From assembly GCA_001643675.2 (NCBI GenBank), contig LSRY02000002.1:2232001-2296000 (forward strand): 64,000 nucleotides of DNA, in the 5' to 3' direction. The stretch comes from Monocercomonoides exilis PA203 (taxonomy: Eukaryota; Protista; Preaxostyla). The position numbers were made by a program, and so were the translations under genes. The notes under the pieces were generated by a model, which was not told where the DNA came from, made no database searches, and saw only the letters and a list, made by a program, of their open reading frames with translations. This document shows, in pieces, positions 11,168 through 22,600 of the stretch. Position 1 is the stretch's first letter. Every line of letters begins with the position of its first letter.

Positions 11168-11573
11168 TCTTTGAAAGCAAAACACTATTTGCGATCATTA
11201 TCGATACTTAATTATCGTTTTTATTGTTTCATATCAACTATTTCTGTAATTTTCAATAGAATGCAAAAAGATAATTTCTTTGTTTCATTTTTTTCAAAAG
11301 CTGTCATTAAACTGTCCACGTGTCATAAAATGGTTCTGGATTTCGAGTAGTTGTAATTATTCATTATCACTTATGGAATTGAAAGAATTACAAAGAGTTA
11401 GTCATTACAACTACTTTTGTTTCGGACCGTGTTTCGCACCAGGGATCGGGGAAGACACTGACTATACAATTCTTATAACAAAAAAACAAATCAAACTCTT
11501 TCTAATTCTTTTTGAATTAATGGGACAAAAAAGAGAAATACATAATTTCAATGTTTAATAATATTTACGAATA

Positions 11574-12533
11574 GTGTCATATTTTTATTGGTACCTATTT
11601 TTTTTATTGGTACCTAAAATTTTATGGGTTTTTAAGCTTTTGCAAATAAAGAAAAATAAACAGAAACCTTTAAAACATCATTATTTACTATTTCCGAGAA
11701 TATTTTTTACTTTTACCATTTTACTAAAAAGATCTTGAAATTTTTATTTTACAAATGCGATCAAAGACATGCTCGCATTTCCACGAGCTTTTGAATTTGA
11801 TAGTTTTTCTTGTTGATGTTGTTATTAAACTTTTCTATTTTATATTTTTGGTTATTTTAAAACAATGAGAACTCTTTTTTTTCTTTGGATTTCACACCTC
11901 ACCATTTTTTGGTAAAACTGAAATATAAACAAAGCAAATATTATTTTCACCTTTTTCTTATAGTCAAATAATGCATTATTTTGTATAATATCATATAATT
12001 AAGCTATAATATATAAATATTTGTGTTTAACGAGTTTCACACGAAAAACAAAATATCAACTTTTTCATTTTGTGTGCCAAATGTTTTTTGTTAAATATTT
12101 TCTACACATCACATATTTGTAATAAAAGATAATACATTATTTGAACATTAGAAAAAGGTGAAAATAATATTTGCTTTGTTTATATTTCAGTTTTACCAAA
12201 AAATGGTGAGGTGTGAAATCCAAAGAAAAAAAAGAGTTCTCATTGTTTTAAAATAACCAAAAATATAAAATAGAAAAGTTTAATAACAACATCAACAAGA
12301 AAAACTATCAAATTCAAAAGCTCGTGGAAATGCGAGCATGTCTTTGATCGCATTTGTAAAATAAAAATTTCAAGATCTTTTTAGTAAAATGGTAAAAGTA
12401 AAAAATATTCTCGGAAATAGTAAATAATGATGTTTTAAAGGTTTCTGTTTATTTTTCTTTATTTGCAAAAGCTTAAAAACCCATAAAATTTTAGGTACCA
12501 AAAAAAAAATTGGTACCAATAAAATTATGACCC
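11574..12533. mobile_element. Foldback/MITE-like element (960 bp) with about 385-bp near-perfect terminal inverted repeats
   Basis: 11574-11958 is the reverse complement of 12150-12533 with only a few differences near the termini; AT-rich non-coding spacer of about 190 bp; flanked by TA on both sides (TA|GTGTCAT ... ATGACCC|TA); subterminal TGGTACC motif duplicated. Confidence 0.88.
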
Positions 12534-12602
12534 TAGTTGATTTTTTCATTGAAATTGTGCAAAGTATATTTGTCGCAATGTTATAATGAAAATTTCTAAC
12601 AT

Positions 12603-12635
12603 AAAAAAAAATTGGTACTAATGAATTATTGACCC
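12603..12635. repeat. Degenerate extra copy of the right-hand terminus of the 11574-12533 element
   Basis: AAAAAAAAATTGGTACTAATGAATTATTGACCC resembles the element end AAAAAAAAATTGGTACCAATAAAATTATGACCC. Confidence 0.6.
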
Positions 12636-13620
12636 AATATATTCATTCTCGAAAAAGAAAAACAACAAGATAAAATAGAACGAATTTGCGAAGTGAAAGA
12701 AACCAATAAACAAACAAATAAATAAAAAAGAAAGCATTTGTCTTTCTGTATTATAGAATCATATGTTGAATAAATCAATTGAAAAGTTTCAGTTGGCTGA
12801 TGAAATGCTAAAAATTATTCAGCGAAGAACCCTTTTCCTCCCCCTCTTCTATTTTTTTCCCCTCCACCAATACCTCTCTTTTTTGTCATCTCAGAAGCAA
12901 ACAGTTTCAAGCGTAATAAAAATGTTTCTTGCTCTTGCTAAACGAATAAAATGGATCAGATCTCCAATAATTCGAAATCTTGAAAAGAACCTTAGCACCC
13001 CAATAATAACTTTCGAAAATATAAGTTTTTCAGAAACCATTGCCAAACTGGCGCATCATTCATAAGGCCAATGCAACTGACCCTTTCATCATTCAAACTT
13101 TCGGAAAATCCAAATTTCATGATTTGAACGTCAAATAGAGAAGCAGTTTCCAGAAATTGCTCTGTCATTCATTAACACACTTGAAGATGAAGGGAGAGAA
13201 AGATAAAGAGAGAGATAAAGAAAGAAAGAAAGAGATGGAGATAGCAAGATAGACCAGACTTGCCCTTAAGAGGCTGTCTTGCTGAAGGACAAAGAAAAGA
13301 AAAAAAAAATTCTTGCACCTGAAAATGAGCTGATGTTGCAAACTCAAAACACGTTGAAATGAAGCACAAAGCGAATAGTGATTTCCATTTTGCACAAAAT
13401 GAGAAAAATAGGCAATGTTCCACACATGTGGACACATAACTGCTGAACATTTCCCTTGGCTGCTTGAGAAAATTCATTTTTGAATAATTTATCCTAATTT
13501 GAATGACAATTTTACTCACTTGAAATAAATCATCAAAAAATGTATCAGCTGTAAAGCAGAACACCGTTTTTGAATGTAAAAGAAATGGATCGATTTTTTG
13601 TTCAATTAGTCTCGCACTTT

Positions 13621-16600
13621 TTATGAAACTTCATCCCTCATAATTTCTTTCATCCGTCTTTTCACTTCTGCTAACCTGGGTCTGTCATTTGGCTCATCTG
13701 CCCACATCTTCTCTATAAACTCAACCAGATCTTCTCCTTCGATTCCTTCTGTCAGTGGTCGCACCCCATCCCTCATCATCTCCTGTGCTTCTTCTGCATC
13801 ACACTCGCTCAATGACACTTCCCCTGTTGTCGTTTCATGGAGAATTAGTCCAAGTGTGAAAACAACAGCTTTTCCAATTCCCTCATCTCCCACTTCCTCT
13901 TCATCATCTTCATTTTCGCTGTTAAGTTCAGGCGCCTTCCATCGCCTCAGTTCATCATTTTGCTTTTCATCTTCCAATTCCTCTGTCAAAACAAATATTT
14001 CATAACTTCCTTCATCAACAAAGATTGAATATGGGCACAGCTGCCTTGCCATCATTTTCACCCTTTCGTCACCAATAGAAATCAAATGCTGAAACAATCT
14101 TGCAACTGCCAAAACCACTTCCTTCCCATCAACAACATCCATCGCCCTTGTTCCCAACGTGAAATTACCTTGAACGGAATGAATCATCGAGTATAATGTT
14201 TTGATGTTCTTTTTCTCTTTCTCTCGAAATGGTTTCTTCGCTGATATCACATTGAATGAATGAGATTGAGATACCAATGAAACAGAAGTGTCCTCAGAAA
14301 ATGGCAACTGTGATTCCAAATCTGGAAGATCATTTTCATTCAGCTCTTCATCGGTCATTGGTGGAGGCTCTGGAAGAACTTCATCGTTGTCAATGAGAAG
14401 CGGAATTTGGCTTGTCATCCCTTCCAGTAATGTGGATGGCATTTCACTCATCTCGAAGTTCCCTATTCCATTTTCTACTCTTCTCCTCTCCATCTTCTGT
14501 ATTATTTGCTCGTTTTCCAATCTCTCTTTTTCAACTTTCTTTTCAGCTTCCCACAGTTTCCTTCGCTGAACCACAGCCATCACAACAATCACAAATAACA
14601 GAATTGCAACAATTACAATACACCCAATAAAGGCAAATAAACTCCATTCAATCATATTCAAATTTCCATTGTTATTCTTATTTCCTCCTTCCGAAATTCT
14701 ATCATCTCCAGATGAAGGAGGCACTGTTTTGTTTATCACAACCAATGTATTTGTGGATGACAACATCCCTTTCCCAAACAGGATGCTCATGCTCACTTCT
14801 GTTTTGTTCTCGATCGTTTTCACTATATCCGACGAGATAACCGAATGCACCTCGTTTTCTGAAGCACACTCATTCTCTTCTATCTTTTGTGTTTGGATAC
14901 GCTCAACTTCCCCGTCTTTCATGCTTATCTTCAGCGATAAGTTGCACGGAAGAAGCAGCTTCCCGCGAATGCTCAAGTCCATGCTCCCACTCGCCTGTGT
15001 TGTGTTCTTCACTTCTTCCAGAACCGGGATGAAATACGATGATCCTCTTTCACTCGCTATCCCTCCCAATTGGCATCCTTCGTCCAATATCCACAACGAT
15101 GTGTTTGGCAACACTCCATTTCCACCTTTCACGCTCGCAACACTCAGTTCGCAATTCCCTGTGCATATCACATTCCTTCTGGCTGATCCGTATCCTTCAA
15201 TTGATGGATTGTTGTCCTCAAACTTGCTGTTTTCAATCTTCACGCTTCCTCCACTCACCCACAGACCTCCTACCTTGCTATTTCTGATTGTTGTTTCTTT
15301 CATCTCCACATTGCTGTTTTCAATATCAATCAACGATCCGCTCCATTTGCATAATTTCTCTACTCTTTCTTGTTCTCCATTGACTGCCTCTGCTTCTTTC
15401 TCCTCTTTTTCTCCATCAAACACACATATCTCAACCTTCACTTCCTTGGATCGTCTTATCTGCATCATGCTTCCCTTCTCCACCGAATTCGCGCTTTTTT
15501 CAAACGAGCAGTTCAGCACACTCACCTCCTGTTCTGCATCTTCCATCGCAACAACACATCTTTCTGATGCTACACTCACATTCTCTATCGTCATGATCTT
15601 CATCACCACTTTCGCTTTACCCCCAACACTCACAACATCTCCCTCACTTTTGATATTTGAAATGCTCGTTTCAAGCAGCGTCACATTCGATTCTCTGTTG
15701 AATAATAGCACCGATCCTGCTGCATGCAAATCTCTAAATGCTGAATCAAATATCCTCAGCTCTCCGCTTTCCACGCTCACAACCGAACTGTTCAGCTTCA
15801 TGTCTTCTGCTGTTGCTGATGAGTAGAACTCGCATTTTTGGATCTCCATTGACCCGTTCTTCACTTTCATGATGTAGCTGTGAGAAGCCTCAAACGTATC
15901 TTCAAACTCGAATGAGCACCTCTCCACAGCGCTTTCGTTTATAAACTCCATGATGCAATCCTTCTCTGCTGATTTCGCAATATCCAATTTCAGCTTCACA
16001 ATCGCCTGTGTCTTTTTGTATGAATTCACATACAGATCTCCAATCACACATTCTCCAGAAACCACTCCTTCTCCATCAATCAGAATCGCATTCATCACTC
16101 CTTGCTCAATGTGGTCAATCGCTTCGTTGATGCTGCTGCATGGATTGCCCTGAGCTCCGCATCGTCTGCCATCCTCCCCCGACCCATTCAAAAATACTTG
16201 AAACCCTTTAAAGAATGTGATCCGAGGAATAACATCCATGTCAGTATTCCCTTTTAAATCGCTCCCGCAGATGGAGTTGTTTGTGGCCAATGACTCCTGG
16301 TTGTAGTTCAGCGAGAACAGCGTTTCGTTGATCTGGTCTAGAATTGAATGGCATTTGATGAATATGTCTTTCCCTGCAAATGCCTCGTTCAGCCTGAACA
16401 AGGTATTCACAATCCTTAAGTTCAGAGATGGAATCTGACTTTCATTATCATAAACAACATTTGTGTCTGCTCCATCGATGAACAATCCTCCGCCGCGCCC
16501 GGACTCCATCGAGCATCTACATGTCGAAAACGTGCTCCCGTTCACCTTCAAAACCGATTCTTCACTCTTCAGCACCACTTTCATTCCTCCTCCTTCTGTG

Positions 16601-19600
16601 TTCAAATCGCTCCTGCACGCGGACATTGTGCAGTCCTCGGTCGTGCAATCTATCGCATTCTCAAACGATCCCAATTCAATGACGCTTGCACTGCTTCCTT
16701 CGTTCTTGATGGTTTCAAACGAACAGTACACAACTTTCAACACAGGCTTGTTGCCATTCAAATGAGTGTTTTCATTTCCATTCATCTGGTTTTCCTCTTC
16801 TGTCATCGAAATCAGGCTGTTTGCTGTCAAAGTGGCTGATGAAATGTTCACATTCTGAATCGTCACCTGGGTCGCACTTGGGCTGAAAGCGATGAATCCT
16901 TTCAAATCAGAAATCAAATTCATCGAGCATTTCTCAATTTCCGCGCTCCCTCCGTTCACTTTTATCAGGCAACATGCAAAACTTTCTGCCAACCCTACTA
17001 ATGAGCCAAATGAACAATTAGAAACAAACAAGACTGTATTTGTTCCTGACGATTCAATGAATACTGCATGATTTGCGGTGATGATTGGCTTGATGAATGA
17101 TAAATTGAAGAATGACAGACTCACATTCGACGATATCATTGCACCACTGCTGACAGCATTCCCATCTTCATCAGTAATTGTCACGCTTGTCCCTTTCTTT
17201 GTTCCTTTTATCACAACAGCTGGAGCTTCTGAATCTGGAGAAGTTGGCAACGAAGACAAGAATGATATCGGATGGCTCAGCAACCCTGAATCCCCAATGC
17301 TGATCTGGGATTCGCCTTTTCCAAGTGTTGGGTATCGAAGTGATATCAAGTGGTCAATCGATGAGCATGGTGCTTCAGAAAACCCACACCCGCTGAAGTC
17401 TCCTCCTTTCTCCTTCGATAAATACCCTTTCTCGCTCCAGTTATCCCACAAATACACAACCAATGGAATCACATATCCATTTTCTCCTGTTGTCTTCCTT
17501 TCCCATCCACACAGCTCATCCAATGACTTCTCATCACTTGCGCTCAACCCCCATTTCAGTTGTTCGTTCGACATAACCTCGTCCAGCTCATTTCCCGATA
17601 TGAACACTTTCTTCCCTTTCCAGGCATTGCACTCGCTGAATGTCACTCCTTCAAGCACAAATGATCCCATTGTATCTGCCAAGCTCACAAACATCCCTCC
17701 TCCCATTCCTCTTCCTTTCTGCAAGCTGTCCTCCATTGGCACCTGGCATCCTGTGAATGTTGCGCTTTTAATCTCCAAACTTCCTCTGTCCTCAACTGAA
17801 ATCATCATCCCTCCTCCTTTCATCCCACTTCCACCTGTGCATGTTGTTGAAATGCTGCAGTTATCCACAACTGCGCTTCCTCCTTCTTTTATCGCTGCAC
17901 CAATGCAACCTCTTCCTTCTCCGCTCCCGTCTTCCACCGTCACTCCACTCACTCTGCTGTTCTTGATGTCCAATTTCTCTCCATTTGTCATCGTTATTGG
18001 CGACTTCCCATTCGTCGTCAGTGTTGTTGCAATTTCCATCATCAATCCATCCACAATCAGTTCTCCTCCCTCAATGTTCAGGATGTTGTATCCAATCTTT
18101 TCTTCAGTTAATGGACTATTTTCAAACGAGACAGAACAGCTTGTTATCGTGATTGTTGATGACGAAGAATGGACAAATGCAGTCCTCCTTCCATTGATAA
18201 CTTTATTCATTACAAATGCCAAATTAGTCATTTCAAATGATTTTGTGCACTCGATAAGGCCATTTTGATTTATCTCCCCTCCATCTTTCACATCAACCTT
18301 CATCTTCTTTCCCGCTGTTACTGCTTTTCCTGTCAAGCTCACATCAAATGAAAGCACTTTCATTTCACTTTTTATTGATGATTCAGAAGAAACCTCAACT
18401 GCCTGCATGTTTTCCTTAACTCGACTGGTCACACAATAATCAATAGATTGGCACCCAAACTTCTCAAATCCACAAGAGTTGTGATCATATGCCATGCTTC
18501 CGCTCCCATCGACAGTCAACTTCGATCCGATTGAGAACAAATACACAAACAGTGGAGTCACTTTCTCATCTTTCCCATCCTCGCTCCCGCAAAACTTCAA
18601 TTCATCCGATGGAATTGCGCTTTTGTCAAAAAATTTGAAAGAGTTTGCATTCACTTTTGTTCCAAGCAATATCGTTGAATCGCAACAAACAAACATATCC
18701 TTCCCATATTGTGCATCATTCAGCGATGAAGATGTCGATGAAAACTTAACATTTTCGGCAATTTCCATCTTGCAGTTCGGACTCGCCATTGTCAGCATCA
18801 TTCCTCCGCCTCTTCCTTTGGTTCCTCCTCCTCCGTTGTTCTTCGCCTCGCATCCATCGATTGTGCTCGTCCCATTCACAACAACACTTCCATCTCCATC
18901 TAAGCTCACGCATATCCCTCCTCCTTTTCCAATCTCTTGTGATGTCCCTTGGCAGTTGCAGTTTATTACAGTGCACGTTTCAATCACAACAATCCCAACC
19001 TTTCCCTCTCCTTCCCCATACTGTGTTCCAACAGCTCCTTTTATCAGCCCCCCGTCTCCATTAATCTTTCTAACGTTTGCTATGTTGCATCCTTTGAAAT
19101 ACACAACACTCACCCCTGCCACAAACTCAACCAACGAATGCCCATCAAATGTCAGACCTTCTCTGTTTTCAAATTGCTCCATTCTCAGTTTTCCTGACAA
19201 CGCATTTACAAAGCTGTATCCAATCGATTGGCCAACAGCACTGTCTGGCGAACTAGCAACCGAGCAGTCTGTGATATTAAACGATGGCGAGTGTGCAGAA
19301 ATCATCGCCGATGCACTGGACAGAGCAGATGGAATGCTAAATTTGATCTTTTTAATCGAGCATCTGCTTTGCACATCGATCAAGAATTCTGCAGATTCAA
19401 AAGTGGTTGGCACCTTCACCTCGATTGCCGTCCCTTTTGTGGCACATGAAATCTCCCATTCATTGGCATCATCCATGGCAACCTTTTCGGCAAGCACGAA
19501 TTCTGGATCTAACTCTATATTTTTATTTCCCCCTGAAAATCGCGCCTGTGCAGTGTGGGTGATGGTGGCACACGTATAATAATCAAATCCACAGAACCAC

Positions 19601-22600
19601 GAGTCGTATCTCCCCAGAACACCATCTTTCTTTTTGCCCACATGTGCTGCACCAGTATGTGAGTCCAGAAACACATTAAGCGGGAATTGCCCCATGGTTG
19701 TGTCATCTGTGTCATATCCCACCAGTTCCTTTAATGATGATATGCCCTGGATACCTTTCAGCTTTTCTGTTGTTATTCCCCAGTTCTCAGAATCTCCCCC
19801 ATTCACAAACACATAATTTCCGCCAGATTTCGCGGTGCAGCCTGTAAAGTCCACAGACACGATCGAGAAGTCGTGCGGACCATCTGCCAGATTCACCATT
19901 ATCCCGCCACCATTTCCACTGCAATTGCATCTGTTGAATTTCGTTGCTTCGTTTACTGGGGCTGATGAAGTTCCCACCTGCAACTTGCTTGACGACTTCA
20001 ACTCGACCTTGATCCCACCACCACTTCCATCCTTGCATTCGCAATCTTCGATTGTCACATTCTTGACCACAAACGTCTCTCCAGCCTTCACACTCTTTGC
20101 CACAACCACCCCATCTCCTTCAGTCAACTTCACATTCGTCACCTTCACATTCGCCAGCATGCTATCTCCTGATGCTGTGGCTGTCAGATACAGTGCAGAT
20201 GACAACGATGACGACAATGAAGAAGAAGAAGAGGAAGAAGGAGATTGATTCGGCTCAGAGAACAATGGTTTTGAGACATTCATATTTATGATCTCCACAT
20301 CGGTCATCAACAGCTGCGACAGCGGCACCACAAACACTGACGACGACATCACATAGTTTCCTGAAGAAATACTCGTGGTGATCACAACATCTTCCAATGA
20401 GAGTGACCCACCTCCATCAGACGCCACAACCACACTCGACGAAGGATTTATATTTGAGTTACAATCGACTTTCAAATGACTCATTACAAGATGACCTGTT
20501 GACACACTGAATAGCGTTCCTACCGATGAAAGGGCTCCTGTTCCAATAGAACTCTTATCTTTGCCTATCCCAATGACCGAAATCTTCTTTGATCCAATAT
20601 CAATTGTTGTTGTCTCACTTTCATGATTCCCTTCCATCAGCGTGATTGCCAAGCTAATCTGCACCTCACACATCTCAAAAGCTTTCTTGACTGTTTTGCA
20701 TGCAAATGTTGTATTTGCCCCACACAGCTCATATCCATCACTCCCATTCACCAAAACATAAATCGTCTTGTCTTTCAGCCAATCCTTTTTTGATGTTTGA
20801 TCATATGTCCAGGCACCTGCATTCGAGTAATTATATCCGTAACATACTCTCTTGTCATCTGCATTCGTTGTGTAACATTCATGAAATGGATTATCTGAAG
20901 TCGAAATGGCATTGTAATAATCATAATACATCACATCATGCCCATATGGATTGGAGGTTGTTCTGCATTTGCATTCATGAAAGAACAAAAAATAACAATA
21001 AATACCATCATTTGGCGCTGTTGCTCGATTTGGATGCAAACATAATCCCCCTCCCTCTCTAAATGCTGAACATGAAATAAATTGAATGCTCCTCATTTTG
21101 AATTGTGCGGCAGGAACAGTTTTACAAAACATGCCTCCACCTCCATTGTTTGTCAATGAGCATGAAGTGAAACTGCAGTCAAACACACATGCGCTCTCCC
21201 CTCCTCCATTTTCTGCTTCAATGCATCCTGTTCCTGAAACCTGAAAATTATCCAATCTCAAACCTCCTCCATCATAAACAGCTTTGCAATTCTGGAATTC
21301 ACATCCGCTGATCCGAGCACATGTTGAAACAGAGCTGACATACATTCCTCCTCCATATTGATTTTGTGCTGTACAGGCATTGAACACGTTATTTTCGATA
21401 CGCACAGATTTGATTGTATGACACATGATCCCACCTCCACGGCTGTATGCAAAACAGTTATTAAACAGACAATGCGAAACTGAAACAGTGGCCGACGATT
21501 GACCGTACATGAATATTGCCCCTCCGCTTGACGCTCCATCAGCCCACGAGTCACTTTCTCCTGTTGTCCTCGACCCATTCCATTCACACCAAGTGAATGT
21601 ATTCGCTCCATTATCTGTTATATTCTGTCTGTCTGGAGTCAACTTTCCATCTAGAGTTCCAATGCATTCAACATTCCTTGTCCTGCAACACCCAACAAAG
21701 GATGTGTTTGAAACAGACAAGGAAGCCATGGGGTTATTGAGGGAAGGGACAATTCCGCCATCATATGCATCACAAATTGATGAAAATGAGCAGCTGCTCA
21801 TCAAACATGATGTTTGGGTTGATGTAGTGGTTGAAGGCGAGCATGCATCATTTGCTGTTGAGATGTTGAAAAACGTCAGGTGAGAGAGGGATATAAGGGG
21901 TATTGAAGGGGATGAGAGGAATGGGGCTGATGAGACACAAAAAGAAGAGAAGTGTGATTCGCTCACTGAAATACTCCCTTCAATGCCTTCTCCATCTCCA
22001 TATCCATCTCCTTCTCTTCCTCTGCCTCTTCCTCTTTCTCCTTCTCCTCCATTTTCTTCACCTCCGCTCTTCTCCCTTCCATAGTCCTTCCCTCCAAACA
22101 GCCTGCCTGAATAGATCTCTCCCCATCTTCTCCACCCATTCAATGTGATGTTTGTCAACACCCCAATGCACCCACAAAGATCAAATGCCCCTGCCTCATT
22201 GCCCTTCCCCATCCCCACAACACACCCTCTCACCACAACCACACTCCCCTTTCTTCCACACACAATGCTCCCGTACTCGCATCCAAGCATTCCAATGTCC
22301 TTCAATTCAATGGATGAGTTTAATGCGTAAATACATCCCTCAATCTTGCTTTGGAGACGTTCATTTAAGCATTCTTTAAAAAGACGTATTTGATGATTAC
22401 TTGATATTTCTGGTTCAATTATAAAATAATATCTTTTGTTTTCTTTCAGATCATGCTGCAAATTGTGTTTTTCATATTTTCCTTCAAATTCAGTGTTTCC
22501 AATGCTAGTGCTCTGCTGGGAATCTTTCACTTGTTTCAATAAATTATTGTAATGTAATTTAGATTCTTGTGAGCTAATAAGACATTTGTGTATCTGAGGA

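Noticed and set aside
9372-12635. Repeats as a possible CRISPR array
   Set aside because: They are long inverted arms, not direct repeats with unique spacers; the context is eukaryotic and no cas genes are present.
12763-13564. Short ORFs between the foldback element and the receptor 3' end
   Set aside because: No consistent frame, splice pattern or motif; may be decayed coding DNA but I cannot support a call.
14288-22379. Long plus-strand ORFs (e.g. 14669..15826, 17078..18268, 18494..19579) antisense to the giant receptor
   Set aside because: Shadow ORFs: P/S/F/L/T-rich mirror translations caused by the codon bias of the real minus-strand gene; no motifs.
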